Shown here: in pieces, positions 33,225 to 42,600 of the stretch
Numbering within the stretch: the first letter of the stretch is position 1
Layout: each line of letters starts with the position of its first letter
Assembly: GCA_965242925.1 (NCBI GenBank)
Contig: CBDEUM010000022.1
Coordinates: 32,001-96,000 of the forward strand
Reading direction: 5' to 3'
Source: Roseibacillus sp.
GTDB lineage: Bacteria; Verrucomicrobiota; Verrucomicrobiia; Verrucomicrobiales; Akkermansiaceae
DNA length: 64,000 bases
Position numbers and translations under genes: made by a program
Notes under the pieces: model-generated
What the model was told of the DNA's origin: nothing
Database searches by the model: none
What the model saw: only the letters and a program-made list of their open reading frames with translations

Positions 33225-35069
33225 TCAGTTGAGGGTAATCTTGCGGGGATCGCTGCCGACCTTGGCCTTCTTCAGGATGACGGTGTCAGCCGCATCTTTC
33301 CCGGCCTTGACGATGAACGCCTTCCCCTTCGGCGCACCCGGGGTGAACGTTTTCCCGTTGGCGCGCACCGTGTAAAGAATATCACTGGTGGTCGCATCTA
33401 CGAGTTGGACCACGGGATCTTCCACGTCAAAGGTCAGTTCTCCGAGCTCTCCCCAGGCCGGGGGATCATAGTTATCGAACTGGGAGATGGTCCGGGGCCA
33501 TCCCGGATATTGTTTGGTCGCAGGATTGGTGATGTCGACATTGCGCGGCCAGCATTCCATCGTGATCTCACGCTTTTTCGTATTGAGACGCACGATCCCG
33601 AAACCAGCTGATCGTGTATTGAGGATATTGCCGGCCGGTTTCTTCTCAGGATTGGCGGCGGCATAGTTGGTCACCTTGTTGTGAAACCCGTCCAGATGAT
33701 CGCCGGTATACCCGGGCGCTCCCGCTTCGCGGTTGGCCCCGGGCTTGAGGGGTTCCCACCAGCGCAGGTAGAGATTGGCGATGGAGGGGACACAGAAGGA
33801 CCAGATCGCATCGCGGTAGTCATCGAGGCCCTGGTGGAAGATGGTGGCGAGATGCTGGTCCCCGGCGCAGTGGAAGGCAAATCCCTTGCGCAAAGCCCCG
33901 AGGGCGCGGCTCCGGCCGGACTGGGGCCAGCCGTTGGAATCCATGTCGGCATGGAGTCTCCCGTTGGCGCCCCCGTGAATGTGCGCTCCTCCGCAGAAGA
34001 TGGTGGCCGAAAGGGCGACCTTCATATCGGCGTGCCGCCAGTCCTGGGCCCACTGGTCGAGGAACTTGAGCTGGCGCTTGCCGAGCAGGACGGCCCCTTC
34101 GACGTCCACGCTGTCGGGATCGTACTCGGGATTGCGGATATGATCTGGCCTTGGTCCCTGCTTGGGAACCCGGCCGGCCGGACCGGTCTTGAACTTGCGA
34201 TCTTCCAGAATGGCAAAATCGACGTTGCCCCAGTTGAGATTGGTGAACCAGACCCCTATCCCCTGGCCAATCTTGTGTGGGTCCGCAGGATCGGGAAAGT
34301 GACTGGTCTGCGCACGCTCAACCTCCTGGACGTAGACCCCGGGCCGGGAGTAGCCGCCGTCGGAAGCGCCACCCAGGGTCGAGATCTTGCCGCTTTCACC
34401 CCAGAGGTTCGGCTGGCCGGCGTCATGGTCATCGGGCAGGCAGAGGGTCGGCCGGTCCCTGATGATCTCACCGAAATCGCGGCCGAACTTGAGCCAGGCG
34501 GCGTAGTGCCTGTGGTGGTCGTAGACCTGGTCCCCCGAGAAGAAGAGGACGTCGGCATCGATCTTCTTCACGTTCGCGATGATGTCTTCACGGGAGATAT
34601 CGCCCCCGTGCGCGGGATGGATGGAGTTCCCGGTGAAAGCGGCCATGACGATTTCGTCCCTGTCCACCGGATTCCTGCGGATCGTTCCTCCGTAAGCAGC
34701 CCCGGCCTCGTGGGTCACGCGATACTTGTGTGCCTTGGAGTCATCCCAGTTTTCAACCCGGAAGGGAGCAGTCCAGCCCTTCTCGATTGCCTTGGTCCTC
34801 GCTACTTCAACCCACTTCCCCTCCTTTTCGACCTCAAGACGCACCGTCCTGCTGTCGCCCGCGGCAAGGGGGTAGAGCTGGGCCGTCAGTTTGAGGATCT
34901 TGTCGTGAACAGTATAAAGGGCGAAGCAGATGAGATCCTTTTTCGCCACTTCCGGGATAGTCAGGACGGCGCGACCCTTCCTCTTCTTCTGATTCTTCTG
35001 CTGGGAGACGGCGACACCGGCGACGAGAAGCGCGGCGCCGCAGATGATGAGCCATTTCTGGAGCTTCAT
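33225..35069 (-). CDS. PhoD-like (alkaline phosphatase D family) secreted metallophosphatase
   Basis: Signal peptide. FFSGDQVY, LPDDHD, LEDR and CAGDQH metal-binding motifs. Confidence 0.75.
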   Translation of the reverse strand: MKLQKWLIICGAALLVAGVAVSQQKNQKKRKGRAVLTIPEVAKKDLICFALYTVHDKILKLTAQLYPLAAGDSRTVRLEVEKEGKWVEVARTKAIEKGWTAPFRVENWDDSKAHKYRVTHEAGAAYGGTIRRNPVDRDEIVMAAFTGNSIHPAHGGDISREDIIANVKKIDADVLFFSGDQVYDHHRHYAAWLKFGRDFGEIIRDRPTLCLPDDHDAGQPNLWGESGKISTLGGASDGGYSRPGVYVQEVERAQTSHFPDPADPHKIGQGIGVWFTNLNWGNVDFAILEDRKFKTGPAGRVPKQGPRPDHIRNPEYDPDSVDVEGAVLLGKRQLKFLDQWAQDWRHADMKVALSATIFCGGAHIHGGANGRLHADMDSNGWPQSGRSRALGALRKGFAFHCAGDQHLATIFHQGLDDYRDAIWSFCVPSIANLYLRWWEPLKPGANREAGAPGYTGDHLDGFHNKVTNYAAANPEKKPAGNILNTRSAGFGIVRLNTKKREITMECWPRNVDITNPATKQYPGWPRTISQFDNYDPPAWGELGELTFDVEDPVVQLVDATTSDILYTVRANGKTFTPGAPKGKAFIVKAGKDAADTVILKKAKVGSDPRKITLN

Positions 35070-35100
35070 GGGGTTCCTTGGTAGCTGTTGGATTTATCGG

Positions 35101-36027
35101 TTAAACGGCACGATCACCAGACCGCACGTTCGCGGCGTCGGCTGACTCTGGCGTGGATTCGGGTAGTGAGGCAAGGGTTTCAGTCTGCCGTGACGGACGC
35201 CAGAGGACAAAAAGATACAGGGGAATCAGGAAATGCGGGGCGCGGAGCACTGCTTCGTGGAGAAATTGGTCAGCTCCCCAGTAGTTCAGGCCCAGGGACA
35301 TCCCGGCGACCGGACGGGCCATGGCGGTCAGGAATCCCCAGATCGCAGCATAGAGGGCGCAGGCACGACGGAGGGTGGGTATGCAAATCCCGAGGCAGAC
35401 CACGAAGTCGAGGATCCCGGCAATCCGGAGGATGCTCCGGGCTGTTTCGAATTCCACCTCGAGAATGACCGAGATCATGGCCGGGAAACTCGCGGGCATG
35501 GGCCAGAGATCCAGCGCATAGAAGCCGTGCCCGGCAAAGGTTGCTACCAGTGCAACAATAGCCGTGACAACAGTAACTTTATGGCGCGCGCCCAGCGCAA
35601 GCGCCATGACTAGAAGGACCGGGATGAGGATCTGGCCCCCGTACTCAATCAACATCGGGAGTTGGCGCTGGGCGGCGAGATACTGGGTGTAAGCTACAAT
35701 CGCGAGCAGACCGCTGCCCCCTGCCAGCGCTGCCATCTGGATCCACGATTTCCTTCGAACCGTGATGGCAAGGATCGTGCAGCCAAGGTAGAGCCAACCA
35801 ATCCAGGCGATCCATTTCTGGATCAGGCCATCATCCGCCCCCGTGCCGACAAAGGTATCCCAACTGACACCGAGTCTTTCTGCAAATGCGTAGGTCGCGT
35901 CTTGCCAGAGGAGAATACCATAAGGACCCTCCCAGTAGAAATGAACCCAGGTCCAGCCGGCAAAACAGAGGAAGGTGCCGAGGCGAAGCAAGAAAATGGG
36001 ATTACTGTCGGGCTTCGGTTTGTTCAC
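35101..36027 (-). CDS. Multi-pass membrane protein of unknown function
   Basis: About 7-8 hydrophobic segments, TFAGHG motif, GTG start. Confidence 0.75.
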   Translation of the reverse strand: MNKPKPDSNPIFLLRLGTFLCFAGWTWVHFYWEGPYGILLWQDATYAFAERLGVSWDTFVGTGADDGLIQKWIAWIGWLYLGCTILAITVRRKSWIQMAALAGGSGLLAIVAYTQYLAAQRQLPMLIEYGGQILIPVLLVMALALGARHKVTVVTAIVALVATFAGHGFYALDLWPMPASFPAMISVILEVEFETARSILRIAGILDFVVCLGICIPTLRRACALYAAIWGFLTAMARPVAGMSLGLNYWGADQFLHEAVLRAPHFLIPLYLFVLWRPSRQTETLASLPESTPESADAANVRSGDRAV

Positions 36028-36242
36028 GGTTCTACCCGGGGCAAACCTCTACCTTACTCATTACCTTTCCGTAATCAGAAAAACCCCGGGAGGGCAAAAA
36101 AGAGAAGCCCCTTGCGACGAGAATAGAAATATACGATCCGTCCTGCCAGGGACGATGATCCCCATAGAGAAAAAGCAATCCGAATTTAGTCAAAATGATG
36201 GACTACTCCTCTCATTTGCGCTGTGTTTCCGCGGTCCTGATC

Positions 36243-37571
36243 ATGAGTATTCACCCTGCCTTCCTCCTTGCTGTGCTCCTCCCTGCCACTCTTGGCGCCC
36301 ATCCCGGACACAAACTGCGCCACTGGGAGCAGGCCAGCCCCGATCCCGACCGCATCATCCTGACCTGGACGGGAGACCCCTCAACCACCCAGGCTGTAAC
36401 CTGGCGCACAGACACTTCCATCAAAGAGGCGGCCGCAGAAATTGCACTCGCTCTCCCCAAGGCCCGTTTCGACGAGGGTGCGAAAAGCTTCAAGGCGCGG
36501 ACGGAGGAACTGGAGCTTTCAGATCCCGCCAAGGTCGTTGTGCATTACCACTCAGTAGACTTTTCCGGGCTCAAGCCCGACACGCTGTACGCCTACCGAG
36601 TTGGCAGCGGGGACCGGTGGAGCGAGTGGATTCAGTTTCGCACTGCCAAGGCCAAGCCCGAACCCTTCTCCTTCCTCTACTTCGGCGACGCCCAGAACTC
36701 GATTCTTTCCTTCTGGTCCCGCATCATCCGCGCCGCCTACAAGAAAGCCCCCCACGCCGCCTTCTCCATCCACGCGGGCGACCTTGTGAATTCCGCCCAC
36801 AAGGACCGGGAGTGGGCCGAGTGGTTCAAGGCCGGAGGATGGATTCACTCCTCAGTCCCTTCCATCCCCGTCTCCGGGAATCACGAATACTCCGGCCTCA
36901 AGATCAACGGGAAGGACAAGGGCAATCAACTCGCCATCCAGTGGCGCTCGCAGTTCACCCTTCCGGAAGCAGCCGGCCTCCCCGCCTCCCTCGCCGAAAC
37001 CGTCTACACCCTCGACTACCAGGGAGTGCGGATCATCGCCCTGAACTCCAACCGCGAGGTGGAGGCCCAGGCCAAGTGGCTTGATACCGTGCTGGCGAAG
37101 AATCCGTGTAAATGGACCGTTGTGACCATGCACCATCCCATGTTCTCGTCCGGATCGGGACGGGACAACGCCAAGAACCGGAAGGCCCTCAAGCCCGTCA
37201 TCGACAAGTATCAGGTCGACCTCCTCCTGCAGGGGCATGATCACACCTACGCCCGTGGGCACACCCCCCTGCGGATGGCCGACACCAAGAGCAACCAGAT
37301 CAAGTCCCTCTATGTCAACTCGGTCAGTGGGCCGAAGATGTACCAGTTCCGCAAGGACGGCTGGAACACCTACAAGCCCGAGGGCGTCCTTCTCGACCGC
37401 AAGGCCATCAACACACCGTTCTTCCAGGTGATCGACGTGGAGGGCGAGTGGCTGACCTACCGCGCCTTCATGGCTAATGGGGATCTCTACGACGCGGTCC
37501 GGCTGCGGAAGCTCGCCGACGGCAGCAAGGAGCTGCACCCCTGGAAGGAAGACCTGGGAGACGAACGGTAG
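36243..37571 (+). CDS. Purple acid phosphatase-family metallophosphoesterase (N-terminal FN3-like + calcineurin-like domain)
   Basis: AVTWRT and LKPDTLYAYRVG (PAP N-domain). FGDAQ, AGDLV, SGNHE, MHHP and GHDH motifs. Signal peptide from ATG 36243. Confidence 0.88.
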   Translation: MSIHPAFLLAVLLPATLGAHPGHKLRHWEQASPDPDRIILTWTGDPSTTQAVTWRTDTSIKEAAAEIALALPKARFDEGAKSFKARTEELELSDPAKVVVHYHSVDFSGLKPDTLYAYRVGSGDRWSEWIQFRTAKAKPEPFSFLYFGDAQNSILSFWSRIIRAAYKKAPHAAFSIHAGDLVNSAHKDREWAEWFKAGGWIHSSVPSIPVSGNHEYSGLKINGKDKGNQLAIQWRSQFTLPEAAGLPASLAETVYTLDYQGVRIIALNSNREVEAQAKWLDTVLAKNPCKWTVVTMHHPMFSSGSGRDNAKNRKALKPVIDKYQVDLLLQGHDHTYARGHTPLRMADTKSNQIKSLYVNSVSGPKMYQFRKDGWNTYKPEGVLLDRKAINTPFFQVIDVEGEWLTYRAFMANGDLYDAVRLRKLADGSKELHPWKEDLGDER

Positions 37572-37610
37572 ATCCCGGAATCGGCCTCCATGAAAGACGC
37601 TGGAGCGCCT

Positions 37611-38693
37611 TCACTTGTCCTTGAGAAGTTCAACCATGGCCTTGCCCATGCCCAGCCCCACGTTCATGTAAGTCTTGGCGTTTCCCCCGTAGTGACCGTT
37701 GGAGGCTCCGCCCATGGAGAGCGGATGCGTATAGACCACGGTGACTTCTCCCTTATGGGCCTCGCCAAAGGCAACCATCCCATCGATGATCATTTTCTCA
37801 TTACCAGAGGCAGTGTCCTTGTTGGTCTGCCCAAGCGTGGCAACGACCATCTTGGCCTTGGGCGCGTTGAATTCCTTGCGGAGAGCTTTGAAGAGCTGGG
37901 TGAGATTCTTTTCATACATGGCCGCATGGGCTGCGTTGTAGCGGTCCTTGTCTCCCTGCCACCAGAGGAAGCCCGCCACCTCAGAACCCTTGCCTCCGGG
38001 ATAGTGCTTTTCAAGATCCTTGAGCACGGCTTTGGCCCGGGCCACATCGCCGGCGTATTGCAGGCCCGCATGCCAGTTATGCTTGGGAGGCTCGGGCACC
38101 TCGCCCTTCGTCCAACTCGGATACCGAACCTCATCGTTATAGGCCGGGGTCACCAGGGTCACCTTCTTCCCCGCCTTATCGGTCGTCTCGACTTCATGCC
38201 TCGGGCTGCCGGGAGGAAGGAGGTCCCAACCAAGTGAACGATTGCCGATGGAGCTCTTGAGAATGAGGACCGGTTCATCGAGCGCGTTACCCAGATGATG
38301 ACCGATACCAATCTCGATGCCAATCTTGCCGCCGGAAACAGTCAGCCAGTCATTACGACGGACTCCGCCCCGCCCCCCCGGACCGCCGCTGCCCTGCGTG
38401 TGAACGTTGCGCACGTCCTGGCGCTTGGTCCAGTTGCCCTCGTCATCCACCATGAACGGGTAAAGGTTTTCCTTCTGAACAGCGTGTTCAAGGGTGCCCT
38501 CCTTGTCGCCCTTGACCCTCCCCATCTCGAGCGTGTTTGACTGGCCCATGATGATGAAGACCTTGACCGGCTTATTTATATCGGCCGGTTTGCCGTCCGG
38601 ATCAGGCAACTCCCTGGCTGAGATCGGATAGGCCGAGGCCGTCAACAGGGCGAAAACAGACAGCGGTTGAATGAGATTCTTCTTTAGTTTCAT
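37611..38693 (-). CDS. Sialate O-acetylesterase-like (SASA) SGNH esterase
   Basis: VFIIMGQSN, GIEIGIG, GFLWWQGDKD, C-terminal NGHY. Signal peptide. Confidence 0.8.
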   Translation of the reverse strand: MKLKKNLIQPLSVFALLTASAYPISARELPDPDGKPADINKPVKVFIIMGQSNTLEMGRVKGDKEGTLEHAVQKENLYPFMVDDEGNWTKRQDVRNVHTQGSGGPGGRGGVRRNDWLTVSGGKIGIEIGIGHHLGNALDEPVLILKSSIGNRSLGWDLLPPGSPRHEVETTDKAGKKVTLVTPAYNDEVRYPSWTKGEVPEPPKHNWHAGLQYAGDVARAKAVLKDLEKHYPGGKGSEVAGFLWWQGDKDRYNAAHAAMYEKNLTQLFKALRKEFNAPKAKMVVATLGQTNKDTASGNEKMIIDGMVAFGEAHKGEVTVVYTHPLSMGGASNGHYGGNAKTYMNVGLGMGKAMVELLKDK

Positions 38694-38837
38694 GATTCTT
38701 TTTATTTCTAGCGCGAATGATGCCCTTTGCTCGATCGCTGAAACAGATTGCCCCGATCAGCCCAGGTCAACAAAGACAGAGAATCGTTCTTTTGCGTTTT
38801 TTTGATGCCTATTTGCGACACTCCAGATAGGGCCCCT

Positions 38838-39437
38838 TCATCTTGTCTTCTCTGTGTTTCGTAGATTTGAAAACACGTCCCCTGTGGGCTTGACCGGCAA
38901 AGTGCCCTGCCATTGGGCCAGCATCTTCCTGAGTTGGTTTGTCTTGCCCGGATGTTTCGCTTTGAGATCGGTCTTCCCCAACGGGTCAGCGATCAGGTCA
39001 TCGAGTTCGGCATGTTTGGCATCCTGGTTCGTCTCCAGTTTCCAGTTCTCACTGACCACCGCATAGGACACCCTGTGGTCGGGCTTGGATTTCCGGGCCG
39101 GCCATGGGGCCACCGTCTTCCAGAAAAGCGGTTTTTTTCGCCGTGCTGTGCCCTTGCCTTTGAGAGTCGCCACCTGGCTGATTCCATCAGGCTGATACGA
39201 TGCTGGAAGTGGACTCCCGCAATCTCGCAAAAGGCAGGCAGGAGATCCACTGCTGAAACAATGGAGGCCCTGTCGACCTTTCCGATCCCGCATTCCTGCG
39301 CCAGGGCAATCACCTCATTTTCCTGCTCCCCCAGTGAGGATGGCCCGATCCACGTAGTCCTGTTCTACTCCAAATGAGGGAAGGGCCAGGCCAAGCATGA
39401 ACAAGCTCAGCAGTTTCGTTTTCATTCTGATTCGCAT
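38838..39437 (-). pseudogene. Sulfatase C-terminal remnant joined to an unrelated signal-peptide N-terminus, with two frameshifts (~39328-39332 and ~39211-39212)
   Basis: SAVDLLPAFCEIAGV|PLPASYQPDGIS…WKL…ELDDLIADPLGKTDL is a sulfatase C-terminus with degenerate ELYDL/DPxE motifs. The catalytic CxPxR part is absent. Confidence 0.7.
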
Positions 39438-39685
39438 CTTATCTTCGATTGGCATCCTTGTTGAATCATTTTAACCAGTTACCTTTGGGCATACAGAAAC
39501 TCCAGACGCAAGAATCTTGGGACTTTTTGACAAAAGTCCTGTTCCGGTTGATCGCCAGCCGTGACGCTCCGGAAATACGCTTGCCCTCGAAACTACTGCC
39601 TCCATACGATGAAGCGCCCGAAAAGCATCACCCCATAACGATCACTGGCAAGGTTCCCGGTCAACGCGAACCGACTCCCCCGCCC

Positions 39686-42600
39686 ATGCAACAGTTCGCC
39701 GCCCTGCGCCTGCCCCAGCGCCGCGCTTCCTCCCTCTTCCCGGTTGCGCTCCTCGCACTCATCCTGCCGGTCGTAGCCGATCCCGTCATCAACGAGATCT
39801 TCTATCACGAGGATCATGGAATCAATCCGGAGAACCTGTTGACGGAATGGATCGAACTGCACAATCCCACTCCGGCCGCCCTCGACCTCTCCAACTGGAC
39901 TCTCAGTCGCGGCGTGTCCTATGCCTTTCCGCCCGGGACCAGCCTCCCTGCCAACGGCTATCTTGTGGTGGCGGCCGACACCCCGGCCTTTAATGCCGCC
40001 CACCCCGGGATCGACAACGGAACCAACGTCTTTGGCCCATGGATCGGGCGTCTCCAGAATTCAGGTGAAACCATTGAACTTGAGGATGCCGCCGGGAGAC
40101 GGGCTGACCGGGTGCACTTTGCCGATGAGGGCGACTGGGCCATCAGAGCCCGTGGTCCCCTTGACAATGGTCACCAGGGCTGGACCTGGTTGGCCACCCA
40201 CGATGGAGGCGGATCATCCCTTGAACTGATCAACCCGGCCCTCTCCAACAAACGGGGGCAGAACTGGGCCTCCAGTGCGGTCGCGGGAGGCTCGCCAGGA
40301 GCAGTGAACTCGGTTGCCTCCGGCACTGGGGCGCCCCTGATCCTGAACGTCCGGCACGATCCTGTCATTCCGCGTTCCAGCGACACGGTGGTGATCAGCG
40401 CCGAACTGGAACACGCCACCATCACCGGATCCGCCACTCTCCACTGGCGGGTGGACGACCAGGAGAGCTGGTCCTCCCAGGATCTCGTAGACAATGGCAG
40501 GGGTGAACTGAACTCGGAAATCCCCGGACATCCCGACGGCACCGTCATCGAGTTCTACCTCTCGACCTCCAACGGCGTCGCTGAACGCACCTGGCCCGGC
40601 CCGGTCCAGCCGAGTGGAGAACAGGAAGCCAATGCCCTGATCCAATTCGACAACTCCTACGATCCAACCGCTCCCTGGGTGCCCGGTGCCCAGCCGAAGT
40701 ACCGCATCATCATGACGGAAGACGAACGTGCCGAACTGGCTGACATCGGCGATAACAACGAGTCACCCCGGAACGAGGAGGACAGCAACGCGGAAATGAA
40801 CTGCACCTTCATCGTCGAGGACGGCACAGGCCTCGCGCTGCGCTACCTCTCCAGTGTCCGTAACCGCGGGGCCAGCTCCCGCAATCCCCCCCCCAACAAT
40901 TTCCTCGTCAAGTTTCGCAGTGATGAAGACTGGAACGGCCAGCCTTCCATCAAGTTCAATGCCCGGTATCCCCATTCCCAGGTCTTTGGGAGCTGGTACT
41001 TCCGACATGGCGGGGTGGAAACAGCCAATGCCTCCGCCGCGCTGCTGCGGATCAACGGTGAGGATCTCGCCCGGAGCGGATCCAACATGTACGGTTCTTA
41101 TGCACGGTTGGAGAGCTTCGGCAGCGCATACACCGAAAATCACTGGCCCCTGGACCCGGACGGCAACTTCTACCAGGTGCGGGACGATGAGGATGCCAAC
41201 GAGGAGGGGGATCTCCGCTACGAGGGGGCCGACCCGGATAGCTACCGCAACACCTACTTCAAGAAGACCAACCAGAGCGAGGATGACTGGAGTGACCTCA
41301 TCGCCCTGACCAATGCCCTGAACAATGCCCCGGAGGAAACCTACCTGCAGGAGGTCGGTCAGGTCCTCAATATCGACCAGTGGCTCACTTACTTCGCCCT
41401 CGACACCCTTGCCGGCAACCGGGAAGGAGGGTTGATCACCTCCAAGGGAGACGACTATGGACTCTACCGCGGCGTGAAGGATCCGCGCTTCCTCCTCGTT
41501 CCTCACGACCTCGACACGGTGTTCAACCTGGGAAGCATCACCGTGGACACCAACAGGTCCCTCTGGAGTTTTGACGACCTGCCGGGGCTGACCAGGTTTT
41601 TCCAGAACGACGAAATCGTTTATCGTTACTACGCCAGGTTGCTGGAACTCCTTAACGGAGCATTCGACCCCGCCATCCTGCACCCGATGATCGACGAACT
41701 GCTCGACGACTGGGTATCGGAAGACGAAATCGAGGATGCCGGGGACTGGGTCACTGGACGACTGGATGGTGCGCGCAACCGGATTCCCGACAGCTTCTCC
41801 GCCGACTGCACCCTGCCATTGGATGACGGATTTTTCCGGACTACCGACGGAACGGCGCAATTCAGTGGTGAATTCCGGGCCGGCCGGGTCCTCTCCGTCC
41901 TGCTCAATGGTGTGGAAGCAAACCGAACCCAGCGATCCGGGGCCTGGCAATTTGAGGTGAACCCCGGGGACACCTTCTTCAATCCGGGACTCAACCGGGT
42001 TGTCGTGCAGTGTTTCAGTGGACCCGCTGGCACTGGATCCGTAATCGATCAGACCTTCCTCGACGTCTGGAATGATACCGGCACCACCACTGATGTTTCA
42101 GGCACCCTGATCGGGGAAATTCCCGTCGGGAGCCTCAAGATCGTCACCCGGGATTCCTATCTTCCGTCCCATCCCATTCTGGTCCGGCTTGAGTTCCGTG
42201 ATCCCGACGGAAGTTTCAACCGGAACCTCTGGGAGACCACCGCCACCCTGACCAGTGATGTCCAGGGGGTCACCCTCACGCCTGACACGGTCACCATCCG
42301 CAACGGACTGGGCTCGGCCCTGGTGAAGATTGCAGGAGGCGCGGGTGGCATTCAGACCAATCTGATCAATACCGGCGAGATCTGGAACTACCTCGACAAC
42401 GGATCGGACCAGGGAACCAGCTGGCGTGACCAGGAATTCAACGATGACTCCTGGAGGAGCGGACCTGCGGAACTCGGTTACGGAGACAACGACGAGGCCA
42501 CCGAAGTGCGGTTCGGTTCCGACGAAGACAACGACCGGAACGACGAGGACAACAAGTACATCACAACCTACTTCCGGAAGGATTTCACCATCGCCGACGC

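Noticed and set aside
39449..39685. 79-codon N-terminal extension of the giant CotH ORF (similar extensions at 6988, 27304, 28680, 51796, 56512)
   Set aside because: Downstream ATGs give proper signal peptides or family-typical N-termini. The extensions overlap promoters or neighbouring genes.
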